Of a DNA stretch of 64,000 nt, positions 47,660 through 56,869 are shown in pieces; the stretch's first letter is position 1; each line of letters opens with the position of its first letter. The notes below the pieces were generated by a model. The model saw nothing but the letters and a program-made list of their open reading frames with translations, searched no databases and was not told where the DNA came from. The position numbers and the translations under genes are program-made. The DNA is taken from IMG/VR virus record IMGVR_UViG_3300046786_000930, positions 4,805 through 68,804 of that record; one strand, given 5' to 3'. Source of the stretch: a virus. Its lineage: Duplodnaviria > Caudoviricetes.

Positions 47660-47898
47660 CACCGGAACAACCAACAATGAAAACGGTAGAGGAAAAACTG
47701 AGAGAAGCAATGTGTGGGGTTGGATGTAACATGACCCAAATAAACACTGCCACCCAGATATGTACCGAAGCAATGAGGTTGCAGAGCGAGAAATGTGCCC
47801 AAGAATATTTTGAAAATCCACGAGAGTTGCCAGAGAAAACACATGGCGATATAATGGAAATAATTAGAACCACACCACAACCTAAATTTAAGGATTAA
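47656..47898 (+). CDS. Small hypothetical protein
   Basis: GGAGG Shine-Dalgarno and ATGA overlap. Confidence 0.5.
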   Translation: MTPEQPTMKTVEEKLREAMCGVGCNMTQINTATQICTEAMRLQSEKCAQEYFENPRELPEKTHGDIMEIIRTTPQPKFKD

Positions 47899-47900
47899 CC

Positions 47901-48212
47901 ATGAACGAAATTAAAGAAGAAATAACAGCAACAATAGTTGGCTTATTAAATCTTAATTGTGTAGAACTAGATAGTGATGTGTGGAAATTCGCAGAACAAC
48001 TAATTAAAACATTTGAGGGCATAAATTATGAGGGCTGGATTTCCCAAAAGCTAACAGAAGCAAGGATTGAGGAACTAACAAGACAAAAGACAAGAATAGA
48101 GGGAATGATTATGGAACACGGCAAAGAATTATCTCGTAAAGAAAAACTAACATACAGCGCTGTTATATTAAGCGATTTAGTCCGCATCACCGAATTAGAG
48201 GCGAAGAAGTGA
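47901..48212 (+). CDS. Small hypothetical protein
   Basis: AAGGA Shine-Dalgarno; coupled ORF. Confidence 0.5.
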   Translation: MNEIKEEITATIVGLLNLNCVELDSDVWKFAEQLIKTFEGINYEGWISQKLTEARIEELTRQKTRIEGMIMEHGKELSRKEKLTYSAVILSDLVRITELEAKK

Positions 48213-48442
48213 AAACAGCAACAAAATTTTGGCAAGAGAAATTCAATGAATTACCACAAAATGATGCTGAAAAATTGGCGGTGGCAATGATGGCAGAATA
48301 TGCCGCCGAACACGACCAAGGGATAATCCAGATGATTGATGAGGTAAAGGAAATGTTGCATAGCAGATTAGATATTACGGTATTAGAAGTTCAACACATA
48401 CTCACCGAACTCAAGCAAAAGATATTGGAGGGAAAGAAATGA
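48209..48442 (+). CDS. Small hypothetical protein
   Basis: GTGA overlap; coupled ORF. Confidence 0.5.
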   Translation: MKTATKFWQEKFNELPQNDAEKLAVAMMAEYAAEHDQGIIQMIDEVKEMLHSRLDITVLEVQHILTELKQKILEGKK

Positions 48443-48903
48443 AAACAATATTCTGGATACTATTTTGCAGCACTTTATTGGTTGCGCAAACAGACAAACT
48501 ATGTGAACAAAGAGGACACGTTAGACCAGATGTTACAAGCGTAACCGACATGTATTTCCCGCCGAGATATGTGGACTTAGCAGATAGAACTCTTATGATT
48601 ACTTGGGATCAGAACATAGTTTCATATACTTGTTTGCGTTGCGGTGAAGAAGTCCGAGAGCCAGTTCAAGAGAAACCAGACACGACAATAATTTGGAAGG
48701 GGATAGAAGAATATCGGGATTGTGAGCGTATGTTGAATGTGGCAGAAGCAGAAATCTCCCGATTAAAGTTTGAGATTGAAATTAAGGACTGGCAAATTGA
48801 GGAATTACGAAAGCAACTGGAAGAAAATTTAGAGGCGTTCTTAAAAGTACAAATGCTCTTTGATGCGTATGTGAAACTAACAGACAAAGAAGGTGAAAAA
48901 TGA
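48439..48903 (+). CDS. Signal-peptide-bearing protein with Cys/His motifs and a coiled-coil C-terminus
   Basis: MKTIFWILFCSTLLVA|Q signal peptide; CEQRGH and CLRCG motifs. Confidence 0.55.
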   Translation: MKTIFWILFCSTLLVAQTDKLCEQRGHVRPDVTSVTDMYFPPRYVDLADRTLMITWDQNIVSYTCLRCGEEVREPVQEKPDTTIIWKGIEEYRDCERMLNVAEAEISRLKFEIEIKDWQIEELRKQLEENLEAFLKVQMLFDAYVKLTDKEGEK

Positions 48904-49367
48904 ATATAAAATTTATTATCGCTGGTATAGTATCAATTATCTTCATGGGTTGTTGCGGAACGAGATACGTCCAGAATGAGAGAATTGAGCAAATCAAACC
49001 AGACAAGATAGAAGCAGTGTTCCCCTCAAATCAAATTGTGGGCAAGATAGACACAGTTACTTTGGCTACTGTTTATGAAGCAAGCACGGTAACGCCCAAA
49101 GGTGACTCGGTTAAGGTAAAAATCAAGATGAAGCCAAAACCAATTCTTGCGGATACTATTTGGCATGATATCGATTCTCTCTATGTGGACATAACCCCTC
49201 ATTGGATTGGTGATCTTGATACTAATTTTACACCAGTTAAACCCGACACAGTTATAGTAAAACAAGTTCCGGTGATTGGTTATATAGCTTTTGGGATTGT
49301 CACTTTGGCTTTAATCGTAATAATAATAGTCGTCTGGAAGTTTGGGAAAATTAAGATTGGCACATAG
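48900..49367 (+). CDS. Lipoprotein with a C-terminal TM; unimolecular spanin-like
   Basis: Lipobox FMG|C, a beta-rich middle and a C-terminal TM (IGYIAFGIVTLALIVIIIVVW) followed by basic residues. Confidence 0.6.
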   Translation: MNIKFIIAGIVSIIFMGCCGTRYVQNERIEQIKPDKIEAVFPSNQIVGKIDTVTLATVYEASTVTPKGDSVKVKIKMKPKPILADTIWHDIDSLYVDITPHWIGDLDTNFTPVKPDTVIVKQVPVIGYIAFGIVTLALIVIIIVVWKFGKIKIGT

Positions 49368-49393
49368 TATTTTAGCAAGCATAAAGGAGAAAA

Positions 49394-49735
49394 ATGCCGA
49401 TAAAAGATAAAACGAAATATCCAAAGAACTGGAAAAAGATTTCCGATGAGATTCGATTCGAACGTGCAAAAGGTCAGTGTGAATGTGAGGGTGAGTGCGG
49501 TTTACATCATGGAAGAAGGTGCGTTGAAAAACACGGTGACTTAGCAAGGTGGGCGAATGGTAAAGTTATTCTCACTGTTGCTCATCTTAACCATAATGAA
49601 AAAGATTCAAGAAGAAAAAATCTAAAAGCAATGTGTCAACGTTGTCATCTGAGATATGATTCAAAACATCATGCAATTAATTCAGCACTTACTCGTAAAA
49701 AGAAAAAAGCTGTAGGTGATTTGTTTGAGAGCTGA
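49394..49735 (+). CDS. HNH/His-Me finger protein
   Basis: YPKNW, CECEGEC and LTVAHLNH...NLKAMCQRCH motifs. Confidence 0.75.
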   Translation: MPIKDKTKYPKNWKKISDEIRFERAKGQCECEGECGLHHGRRCVEKHGDLARWANGKVILTVAHLNHNEKDSRRKNLKAMCQRCHLRYDSKHHAINSALTRKKKKAVGDLFES

Positions 49736-49991
49736 CAACAACCAAGAAGCAATTGTTAAGGCGTTGCGGGCTTGTGGTGCAACGGTAGCAATCACTAGTC
49801 AAGTTGGTGGAGGGTTCCCGGATTTATGTGTGGCGATCTTCGGAGTCAATCACTTGATTGAAATTAAAAACAAAGACGCACGTGGGAAACTAAGCACAGA
49901 GCAGCTAATCTTCCGGGATAAGTGGAAGGGCAAAGTGTACGTTGTTGAAACTGTTAGCGAAGCACTAAAAGTAATTGGAGTTGAAGGATAG
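49716..49991 (+). CDS. VRR-NUC/PD-(D/E)xK nuclease (resolvase-like)
   Basis: RADNNQ..IVKALR..G..V...GGGFPDL...IEIK. Confidence 0.75.
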   Translation: MICLRADNNQEAIVKALRACGATVAITSQVGGGFPDLCVAIFGVNHLIEIKNKDARGKLSTEQLIFRDKWKGKVYVVETVSEALKVIGVEG

Positions 49992-49995
49992 CACT

Positions 49996-50256
49996 ATGAC
50001 TGAGAACGAAGAGTTAATAATTATCGCTGAAGAGGACCTTGATAAGTTCCGAAAGCTTGGTATCGTCAACGAGGTTGCGCTGCGTAACCTCCAGATCAAA
50101 CGGGACTACAGGCGCATGAAGAAAAACGGAGAAGAACGGCTGTTGGAAACGTTAGCAGATAATTATAATTTGGAGGTGAACAGTATCCGGTGCATCCTGT
50201 TCGACAGCCGCTACAACCACATAACGGAAAAAATTTATGTGAAGGAGTTGAGATAA
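49996..50256 (+). CDS. Mor-like transcription activator, possible late regulator
   Basis: RNLQIKRDY...LADNYNLEVNSIRCIL pattern; position at the early/late junction. Confidence 0.5.
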   Translation: MTENEELIIIAEEDLDKFRKLGIVNEVALRNLQIKRDYRRMKKNGEERLLETLADNYNLEVNSIRCILFDSRYNHITEKIYVKELR

Positions 50257-50262
50257 CAAAGA

Positions 50263-50353
50263 ATCACGGTAGCTTAACTGGTAAAGCCGGTGTGGTAAAG
50301 GCTGAAACATTGCTGACTAGCCCACAATGTGAGTTCGAGTCTCGCCCGTGATT
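50263..50353 (+). tRNA. tRNA-like element with an aberrant anticodon/variable region; anticodon not assignable
   Basis: Acceptor ATCACGG/CCGTGAT, then TA, D-arm GCTT-AACTGGTA-AAGC and T-arm GTGAG-TTCGAGT-CTCGC. The 41 nt between D and T arms lack a canonical anticodon stem-loop. No CCA end. Confidence 0.55.
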
Positions 50354-50392
50354 CTGATTTTATAAAATTAAAAACTATTTGAGGGAAAGATA

Positions 50393-50629
50393 ATGGCAAA
50401 ATTTATAACACACCCAGAAGGCGAAGTAAAAATTGGGAAATATGATTTTAAGAATAATGCTATAAATATTGAGCTGGTAACAAAGACAGAAAAGACAAGA
50501 GAACATTATTACCCTGACAATGAAGGTGTACCTACGCTAACATTCCATTTTATTGGTGGCACAAAAGAACAATGGTTATTTAGGAGCGAAAAGTTAAGAG
50601 ATGAAATGTGGCATTTTGTGAATTTATAA
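50393..50629 (+). CDS. Small hypothetical protein
   Basis: GAGGG Shine-Dalgarno; full ORF. Confidence 0.55.
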   Translation: MAKFITHPEGEVKIGKYDFKNNAINIELVTKTEKTREHYYPDNEGVPTLTFHFIGGTKEQWLFRSEKLRDEMWHFVNL

Positions 50630-50659
50630 ACGAACTAATTAGAGAAGCTAAAACTAATT

Positions 50660-50833
50660 ATGCCACCTTGTAAAAAGAGAACATACAGAACAAGAAAAGG
50701 AGCAAAATGGTTTGGCAGAATCTTTCTGCAGTATTATTACCGTTGCCCTAGTTGTGGGTATTTCCATTTGACAAAAAAGAAACAGCCAAGGCAAACCTTT
50801 TTAACGAGCAAGACAAAAAACCTAAAAACTTAA
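50660..50833 (+). CDS. Small zinc-finger-like phage protein (57 aa, not in the ORF track)
   Basis: MPPCKKRTY...YRCPSCGYFHLT, a C..Y...CxxC..HLT pattern. Its stop overlaps the Shine-Dalgarno of the next gene. Confidence 0.65.
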   Translation: MPPCKKRTYRTRKGAKWFGRIFLQYYYRCPSCGYFHLTKKKQPRQTFLTSKTKNLKT

Positions 50834-50844
50834 AGGAGAATAAC

Positions 50845-51285
50845 TTGAAAACATTATTAGCAGTCCTTTTTATTTGTTGGTTCGTTGACTTTACCCCGGA
50901 CATTTATTCACAAACCAAAACTGGAGATTATATGGAAACAACACCCGGATTTAATTTATTGGTTTATAAAGAACGATTAGATTTTGTGACTAACCATCAA
51001 ACCCGATCACACTATAGTGAATGTAATCGTTGCGGGATACAATGGAGATATGTAAACGGACATGGCGTTGCCTACAGTAAAGGTCGGGGGTTATTCGCTC
51101 TTTGTGAACATTGTTGGAACGAATGTAACAAAGAACAAAGAATATTTTATTATAGTGAATTATGGAAAGCTCATTATGAATTGTACCATGCTATGGAAGG
51201 CAGTGGATATAATGACAAAACACAATTAGACACACTTATAAACAATATCAAATTAGAGACAAAGCAAGGGGCAAATCTCCGCTAA
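50845..51285 (+). CDS. Signal-peptide-bearing protein with CxxC motifs
   Basis: AAGGAG then TTG at 50845. LKTLLAVLFICWFVDFTPDIYS|Q; CNRCG and CEHC motifs. Confidence 0.55.
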   Translation: MKTLLAVLFICWFVDFTPDIYSQTKTGDYMETTPGFNLLVYKERLDFVTNHQTRSHYSECNRCGIQWRYVNGHGVAYSKGRGLFALCEHCWNECNKEQRIFYYSELWKAHYELYHAMEGSGYNDKTQLDTLINNIKLETKQGANLR

Positions 51286-51425
51286 TACTTTTGGAAGGGA
51301 ATCGAATCGTTACCCGAATAACACAAATAAACTCGGAGGAAGATGATAACACAAAAAAGTATATCCCACCACAAAACAAACCTACCTCAAGAGAAATAGT
51401 TAGAAGCATAGTGATGACACCCAAC

Positions 51426-51460
51426 ATGCCCGGACAATCCCCGCCGGGCATTTTTATTTT
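51426..51460 (+). terminator. Intrinsic terminator
   Basis: ATGCCCGG-10 nt-CCGGGCAT followed by TTTTATTTT. Confidence 0.75.
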
Positions 51461-51477
51461 TAATGTAAGTTTACATA

Positions 51478-51506
51478 TTGACTAAATTATTTTAATAATT
51501 TATTTT
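51478..51506 (+). promoter_or_regulatory. Putative late promoter upstream of terS
   Basis: TTGACT-N17-TATTTT, with the same -10 hexamer as the promoter at 33345. Confidence 0.5.
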
Positions 51507-51541
51507 TATCAAAAGTTATTAATCATAACGAGAGAACAAAC

Positions 51542-51817
51542 ATGCCAGTAGGTGGAGCTCGTCCGGGCGCAGGAAGACCAAAAGGCGGAGTTGATAAGAT
51601 CAGAGGTGAATTCCTAAAGCTTATTAAAGCAAAAGATGTTAAGGCTGCAATGGAAGTGTTGCGAAATAAAATGGCCAAGCGTGAGGATGGTGATGTAGAT
51701 GCAGCTAAATATATCCTCGATCAGAAATATGGCAAAGCAAAACAACGAGTCGATGCGACAATCGAAGGAGGAGTTGTACTCACAATTACTGACCTAACAA
51801 AAGAATCTGAAACCTAA
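51542..51817 (+). CDS. terS: Terminase small subunit
   Basis: GGARPGAGRPKG motif, AAKYILDQKYGKAKQ, directly upstream of terL. Confidence 0.8.
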   Translation: MPVGGARPGAGRPKGGVDKIRGEFLKLIKAKDVKAAMEVLRNKMAKREDGDVDAAKYILDQKYGKAKQRVDATIEGGVVLTITDLTKESET

Positions 51818-51823
51818 AGATGT

Positions 51824-53326
51824 ATGGGAAAAATAATCCTCTGCCTAATCATCATGCTTAATATAAACGTTGGACTTCAACCTAAACAGTTAGAATTAAA
51901 TAATATTGTTGAGTTCGGTAGTTATGGTTGGGTTGGATTCGGCGGGGCAAGAGGTGGCGCAAAGTCGTGGGCTGCTGATGACATCGCATTAAGTTTTGGA
52001 CTTAAGTATAATATTTACACGCTAATCTTCAGACGCTACTACAATGAACTTCTTGACAATCACATCAATCCCATCTTCGAAAGATTTCCCGCGCTAAGAA
52101 ACTTTTATAACTCCTCAGATAAAATCCTTTACAATCCTGTGAACAAATTGCCGATGATAAGATTCGGCTATGCAGAGGCAGAAGCGGATATTTATAAGTT
52201 TCAAGGTCCGAGTTATCCGTTGATCATTGTGGATGAGGCAACTCAAAGCACTCAGCCCATGATAGAATTTTTGAAAACAAGTAACAGAGATCCGCAAGGC
52301 AAGCTACCAAGTAAACCGAAAATAGTTCTTACCGGCAATCCGGGAGGTGTAAGCCATGGTTTCTATCAGCGTATCTTTGTTGATAAGACTTACCTCAACA
52401 ACGAGAACCCAAAAGATTATTATTTTATTCAGTCTCATGTTTGGGACAATGTTTATTGGTCAATGCGCGAGTTATTGCGACAAGGATACACGATACGAGA
52501 CTATTATCTTAAATGGACAGAACAACAGAGGATTGATTTCACCCTAAAATATTCCGATTATGCTCAGAACCTATCTGGATTACCTGAACAACTAAAGTTA
52601 GCCTATCTGTACGGAAAATGGGATGTGTTTGCCGGTATGTTCTTCAAGGGGTTTGATGGTAACAAAGAAATAATTGATCCTTTCTCAATCCCTCCGGAAT
52701 GGCACATGGTAGGTAGTCTTGATCCGGGATTCTCCTCACCGTTAAGTTTTGGATTGCAAGCAAAAGATTTTAAGGGTAATGTTTATCGCGTTGGAACCTA
52801 CTACAACATCACCAACATACCTGATCATGCAATAGCTATTAAGAAGTGGCTTACCGATCCTAACTCTCCGGTGCATAAATGGACAGGAGGAAGAATACCA
52901 CTAACAATCGTTGCTGGTAGGGATGCGTTTGCTAAGGTTGATAAAAACGCAATAGTCAGTAATGAAGAAACTATCTTCCAGTATTTTGACCGGCAAGGAT
53001 TAACGTTAGTCAAAGGTAACGATGGACCCGGCAGCAGAATTTCTAATTGGTGGGCATGGAAGTCTCTAATCCCGGATAAGTTTTTTGTGTTTAGAGGATT
53101 GAATGAACCGTTAGTGCAGCAAATGACAACGGTTGAGTCTGATCCTAAGATAGTTGAGGATATTAAGGGCAGAGGGAATGACCCGGAGATTGAAGATCAT
53201 GCCCTAGATGATTGCAAGTTGGGTATATTTGCGCTGAGTACATTTAAGGAGCCGAAAAAAGATGGTATGCCCAAATGGTTGGCCGAGCTTAACAAACCTA
53301 AACCACAAAGTTTTATGACAAGGTAG
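51824..53326 (+). CDS. terL: Terminase large subunit
   Basis: LQPKQ, Walker A GGARGGAKS, Walker B IIVDEAT, LTGNPGG, RNase H-like SLDPG and EDHALDD. The true start may be the ATG at 51851. Confidence 0.92.
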   Translation: MGKIILCLIIMLNINVGLQPKQLELNNIVEFGSYGWVGFGGARGGAKSWAADDIALSFGLKYNIYTLIFRRYYNELLDNHINPIFERFPALRNFYNSSDKILYNPVNKLPMIRFGYAEAEADIYKFQGPSYPLIIVDEATQSTQPMIEFLKTSNRDPQGKLPSKPKIVLTGNPGGVSHGFYQRIFVDKTYLNNENPKDYYFIQSHVWDNVYWSMRELLRQGYTIRDYYLKWTEQQRIDFTLKYSDYAQNLSGLPEQLKLAYLYGKWDVFAGMFFKGFDGNKEIIDPFSIPPEWHMVGSLDPGFSSPLSFGLQAKDFKGNVYRVGTYYNITNIPDHAIAIKKWLTDPNSPVHKWTGGRIPLTIVAGRDAFAKVDKNAIVSNEETIFQYFDRQGLTLVKGNDGPGSRISNWWAWKSLIPDKFFVFRGLNEPLVQQMTTVESDPKIVEDIKGRGNDPEIEDHALDDCKLGIFALSTFKEPKKDGMPKWLAELNKPKPQSFMTR

Positions 53327-53327
53327 A

Positions 53328-53600
53328 ATGAACACACGCAACACCAAAATAGAAACTCAGGTTGTCGCCATACAAAAATTGAACCTAAACAAGATGCAAA
53401 TAATAAGATATTTGATAACTCACAATAGACTTGGTAAGTGCAGAAGTAAAGCGATAGCATTTATTAAAATGTTTGCTAATCACAAGGTCATTATCAGTGA
53501 TGATGATACTATGAGTATGAGGTTTATTACTTCTCAAATCTTTTGCTATGTGACAATGTTAGAGAAGGTACATAAAATAACTGATGCCGAATTAACATAG
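53328..53600 (+). CDS. Hypothetical protein between terL and portal
   Basis: Full ORF filling the gap. Confidence 0.45.
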   Translation: MNTRNTKIETQVVAIQKLNLNKMQIIRYLITHNRLGKCRSKAIAFIKMFANHKVIISDDDTMSMRFITSQIFCYVTMLEKVHKITDAELT

Positions 53601-53620
53601 ATTTTTAAGAGGTAATTAAA

Positions 53621-55759
53621 ATGAAAAACCGATCTTTCAAAATAAACGATGAAGATTGTCTCTTCAACATGATGAGGCTTTGGACTTCGCTTGATCCTAT
53701 CTTTGAGCAACTTAATAAGGACCAGACCAGAGCATTTGATATGACAGTTAGTTCAAGTCAATGGCTCCAAGAGTGGAAGGATGCGTATGAACAGAAGGGC
53801 AGGCAAGTAAGCAGCTACAACCTTCTCAGGCAAGTAATTAACGTTATCAACGCAATAGAATTGAGCAACCGGAAAAAGATAATAGCCAAACCATCTAGCG
53901 GAGGTGACACAGAGCTCGCGGGAATAGTTACAGAAGTTCTTGATCACTTTCTCCATCGCACAAAGTTTGACTGGAGGAGAACGAAAGTATTTAACAACAG
54001 CATCATTGCAAAGTTCGGGGTTTATACTTTGGGTTGGAGTTTTGAGAATAACAAGTATGGTGACTTAGAGATTGGTGATTGCGATCCTCGGACGGTAAGG
54101 TTTGAACCTAACTACGCAGATCCTACTTGGGAGCAAGCTGGTTACGTTATGCGGAAACACCAACTAAGCTTTGATGAGATCTTCAACAAATTTGCGGGTA
54201 ACGATGAGGAAATGCAAGAGGCACTTATCAGCGAGGGGAAAGTTTTCTACGATTATAACCCGGACAAAAGAGATAAGTACCTAACACAAAAACTCAAACA
54301 CCTATTTCAAGCTGTGTATGAAACGATAACTGGCAGCAGCCCTAACAGCACAGTCAGCAAGTTTATGAATTGGTATGATCCGCTAACAGGCAAATTTGAT
54401 GTTTTAGAGTTGCACGAAAAAAGAACAGAGCGGAGATTAGTAATCGGGGACAGCAAAAGACCGAATAAACTGTTCGACATTACCGACAGCTACCATGGAG
54501 AGTTTGAGCGACTTAATGAGAAACCACCCGATGGGTACAGGTACAATAACGGTGAGATAATTAACAGCATTAAAGAGCGATACGGCTTTGATGGTGAGCC
54601 TGATATGGAACTCACCACTAATAAATATGTAACAGCAGTAATCCCGGCATTCCGGCTGAAGGTAAATGAGCAGCCCTATCCATTCAAGATTAAGGGTTAT
54701 GTTTATATTCCTCAGTATTGCTATGACTATCATGCCGACACACTGAAGGCACAGAGCGTTATTGACGATTTAATTGATCCACAAAGCTCTTATAACAAAA
54801 TGATTAGTCTGAATCAAGAATTATTGTGGAAGTACGCGAACAATGGCTGGATACTTGATGCTAATGCGATTAACGGTTATGAGGAAGATTGGGAGAGCGG
54901 AAGATTGGCTCCTTATCGCAGAGTGAGACCGGGATACATTAACTTGATAAAGCCCGAAATTCAGCAGACCGTATCCCCGGACCTGATAAAGGGGATGCAA
55001 GAAACACCCGCGATCATGGATAGGATTGCGAACACATCGGAATCCATAAGAGGCAGAATTGAGAAGGGCGTAACTTCCGGCAAACATTTTAATGCAGTAA
55101 GAAGTCAGGAAGAAAAATCATTCAGCTATATGTTTAACAACGTAAGCAACTCTGCTTTGTCTGTAGCCGAATCAGGCTGGGCAATAATCCAGAACAGAGT
55201 TACGGTTCCAAGGATATTCAGGATAACGCAAGATGATGGCCAAGAAAAAGAAGTAAGGGTAAATGAACAGCAGTACGGAATCGATGTAGAAACCGGCAAC
55301 CTGATAAGGAAAGTAAAGAACGACATCACCATAGGCGAGTATGACTTCGAAATCAGCGATACACCGTATAGCGGCAATGCTAAGGAAATGGAATTCTACA
55401 AGTTGAGTGAGTTGCTTGATGCGCTGATATCGATAGGTACACCGAAGTCCATGGAGAGAGCAGACGCAATAATGCCGATACTCGTTCAAGCCGGTAGTTT
55501 CCCATTTGGTAATGAAATTAAAAAAACTTGGGAACAGATTGACTCCGGTAGTCCTCAGCAGCAACAGTTACAGCAGATGATGATGGCTATTCAGCAGATC
55601 ATGGCAAAGCTCGGAGTGAAGGGACAGGAAGAAACCGTAAGAGGACAGATTCTCGATAACACGAAAAAAGATATTGAGATCAAGCAAATGCTTAAGGACA
55701 ATATCCTTAACGTAAAGCGTGGTAACGGTAAAGCGAAACCACAGTATCAGTTGAATTGA
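53621..55759 (+). CDS. Portal protein (P22-like)
   Basis: Position after terL, size, the SYNLLRQVIN...NRKKIIAKP...D.ELA pattern, an IDDLIDPQ..YNK segment and a Q-rich C-terminal barrel. Confidence 0.85.
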   Translation: MKNRSFKINDEDCLFNMMRLWTSLDPIFEQLNKDQTRAFDMTVSSSQWLQEWKDAYEQKGRQVSSYNLLRQVINVINAIELSNRKKIIAKPSSGGDTELAGIVTEVLDHFLHRTKFDWRRTKVFNNSIIAKFGVYTLGWSFENNKYGDLEIGDCDPRTVRFEPNYADPTWEQAGYVMRKHQLSFDEIFNKFAGNDEEMQEALISEGKVFYDYNPDKRDKYLTQKLKHLFQAVYETITGSSPNSTVSKFMNWYDPLTGKFDVLELHEKRTERRLVIGDSKRPNKLFDITDSYHGEFERLNEKPPDGYRYNNGEIINSIKERYGFDGEPDMELTTNKYVTAVIPAFRLKVNEQPYPFKIKGYVYIPQYCYDYHADTLKAQSVIDDLIDPQSSYNKMISLNQELLWKYANNGWILDANAINGYEEDWESGRLAPYRRVRPGYINLIKPEIQQTVSPDLIKGMQETPAIMDRIANTSESIRGRIEKGVTSGKHFNAVRSQEEKSFSYMFNNVSNSALSVAESGWAIIQNRVTVPRIFRITQDDGQEKEVRVNEQQYGIDVETGNLIRKVKNDITIGEYDFEISDTPYSGNAKEMEFYKLSELLDALISIGTPKSMERADAIMPILVQAGSFPFGNEIKKTWEQIDSGSPQQQQLQQMMMAIQQIMAKLGVKGQEETVRGQILDNTKKDIEIKQMLKDNILNVKRGNGKAKPQYQLN

Positions 55760-55760
55760 T

Positions 55761-56048
55761 ATGGAAATCTTACCCAACGGTAAAGTAAAACTCGATGACG
55801 GTCAGATAATTGAGAGACACCAAGTTGCGTACCAGCTAAGGTCGCACCCAACGCAAGACAACGTGTACGGTGATCATAAAGGACAGTGCTACTACAAGGA
55901 CAGCAAAGGCACGTTAAGAAAAATGAAGATATTAAAATCAGATAATGAGCAAGCCAGCGAAACAACAGAGAGTAAAATAATAATCTCTATGCCGAGAGCA
56001 ACTGGAAGTCTTATTATCCCTGTAAACAAAACTCTCGGCAAATTTTAA
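55761..56048 (+). CDS. Hypothetical protein
   Basis: Coupled ORF after the portal. Confidence 0.5.
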   Translation: MEILPNGKVKLDDGQIIERHQVAYQLRSHPTQDNVYGDHKGQCYYKDSKGTLRKMKILKSDNEQASETTESKIIISMPRATGSLIIPVNKTLGKF

Positions 56049-56054
56049 GGCAAT

Positions 56055-56321
56055 ATGGACATCACTCAAGAAACATGGTATAAAGAAGATCCAGACCGTT
56101 GGGATAATCTCCTTAGCCGAGGATTCTTCTTTAACAACTTTCCAACAGCAAAAGGATATGTGGGAATAACGATGTACAACCCCGATGATAACAACTGCGG
56201 GATAATAATTGTCTCGCCAAGAAAATTAGGACAAGAACAAATAAAAGAAATCTTTCTTCAAACATGCGAGGAGTATGCACAGCAGTATGAGATTCATGGT
56301 TTGGAAGGAACAATAAATTAA
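56055..56321 (+). CDS. Hypothetical protein
   Basis: Full ORF with AAGG upstream. Confidence 0.5.
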   Translation: MDITQETWYKEDPDRWDNLLSRGFFFNNFPTAKGYVGITMYNPDDNNCGIIIVSPRKLGQEQIKEIFLQTCEEYAQQYEIHGLEGTIN

Positions 56322-56354
56322 ACTTACTAATCAAAAACAAAGAGGTAACGTAAC

Positions 56355-56750
56355 ATGAAATACAGAATCATACCAACACAAGATCGAGTGCTAATCAAAG
56401 TGCTGCCGGAACATCCGGATAAAACACCGGGAGGAATATATATCCCCGAAGCCGTCAAAGAATCGCCTCAAGAAATAGGCGTAGTTGTTGATGTTGGCCC
56501 TGGCAGATACACGGAGAAGGGACATTTCGTTACGCCAACAGTAAGCGTGGGTGATAAGGTGCTATATAACGGCATGGCGGGGAGTAAGCACAACCTGGAT
56601 AATCCGATGGGATTTGAGGATCACGCGCTCATCCGCGATGGTGACATCCTTGCTGTTCTCGTAGATGCGGGTGAAGGTGAAGTGGACGTAACGGCTCCAG
56701 GTCCAGACTACGGAAAAACAGATGCGGTAGCTGACCTCGATTACGAGTGA
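56355..56750 (+). CDS. groES: Co-chaperonin GroES with an acidic C-terminal extension
   Basis: IPTQDRVLIK, KTPGGIYIP, GVVVDVGPG, VSVGDKVLY and LIRDGDILAV. Confidence 0.92.
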   Translation: MKYRIIPTQDRVLIKVLPEHPDKTPGGIYIPEAVKESPQEIGVVVDVGPGRYTEKGHFVTPTVSVGDKVLYNGMAGSKHNLDNPMGFEDHALIRDGDILAVLVDAGEGEVDVTAPGPDYGKTDAVADLDYE

Positions 56751-56869
56751 GGAAAAACTTTAGGCAAGCCCGGAGATTAAATAACTGAATTAGAAACTCG
56801 GTGACAAGATCGTGCAACCCTGGGCTTGCTGTTAATCATAAACAATTAATCCGAAACAAAGGAGATTAT

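Noticed and set aside
50288-50328. Amber suppressor tRNA (CTA at 50317-50319)
   Set aside because: The CTA is not in a 7-nt loop with U33 closed by a 5-bp stem.
50752-50844. N-terminal 31 aa of the ORF-track call 50752-51285
   Set aside because: It overlaps a better-supported zinc-finger ORF (50660-50833), and the Shine-Dalgarno points to the TTG at 50845.
51291-51485. 64-aa ORF before terS
   Set aside because: It runs through the terminator and promoter and has no Shine-Dalgarno or motif.
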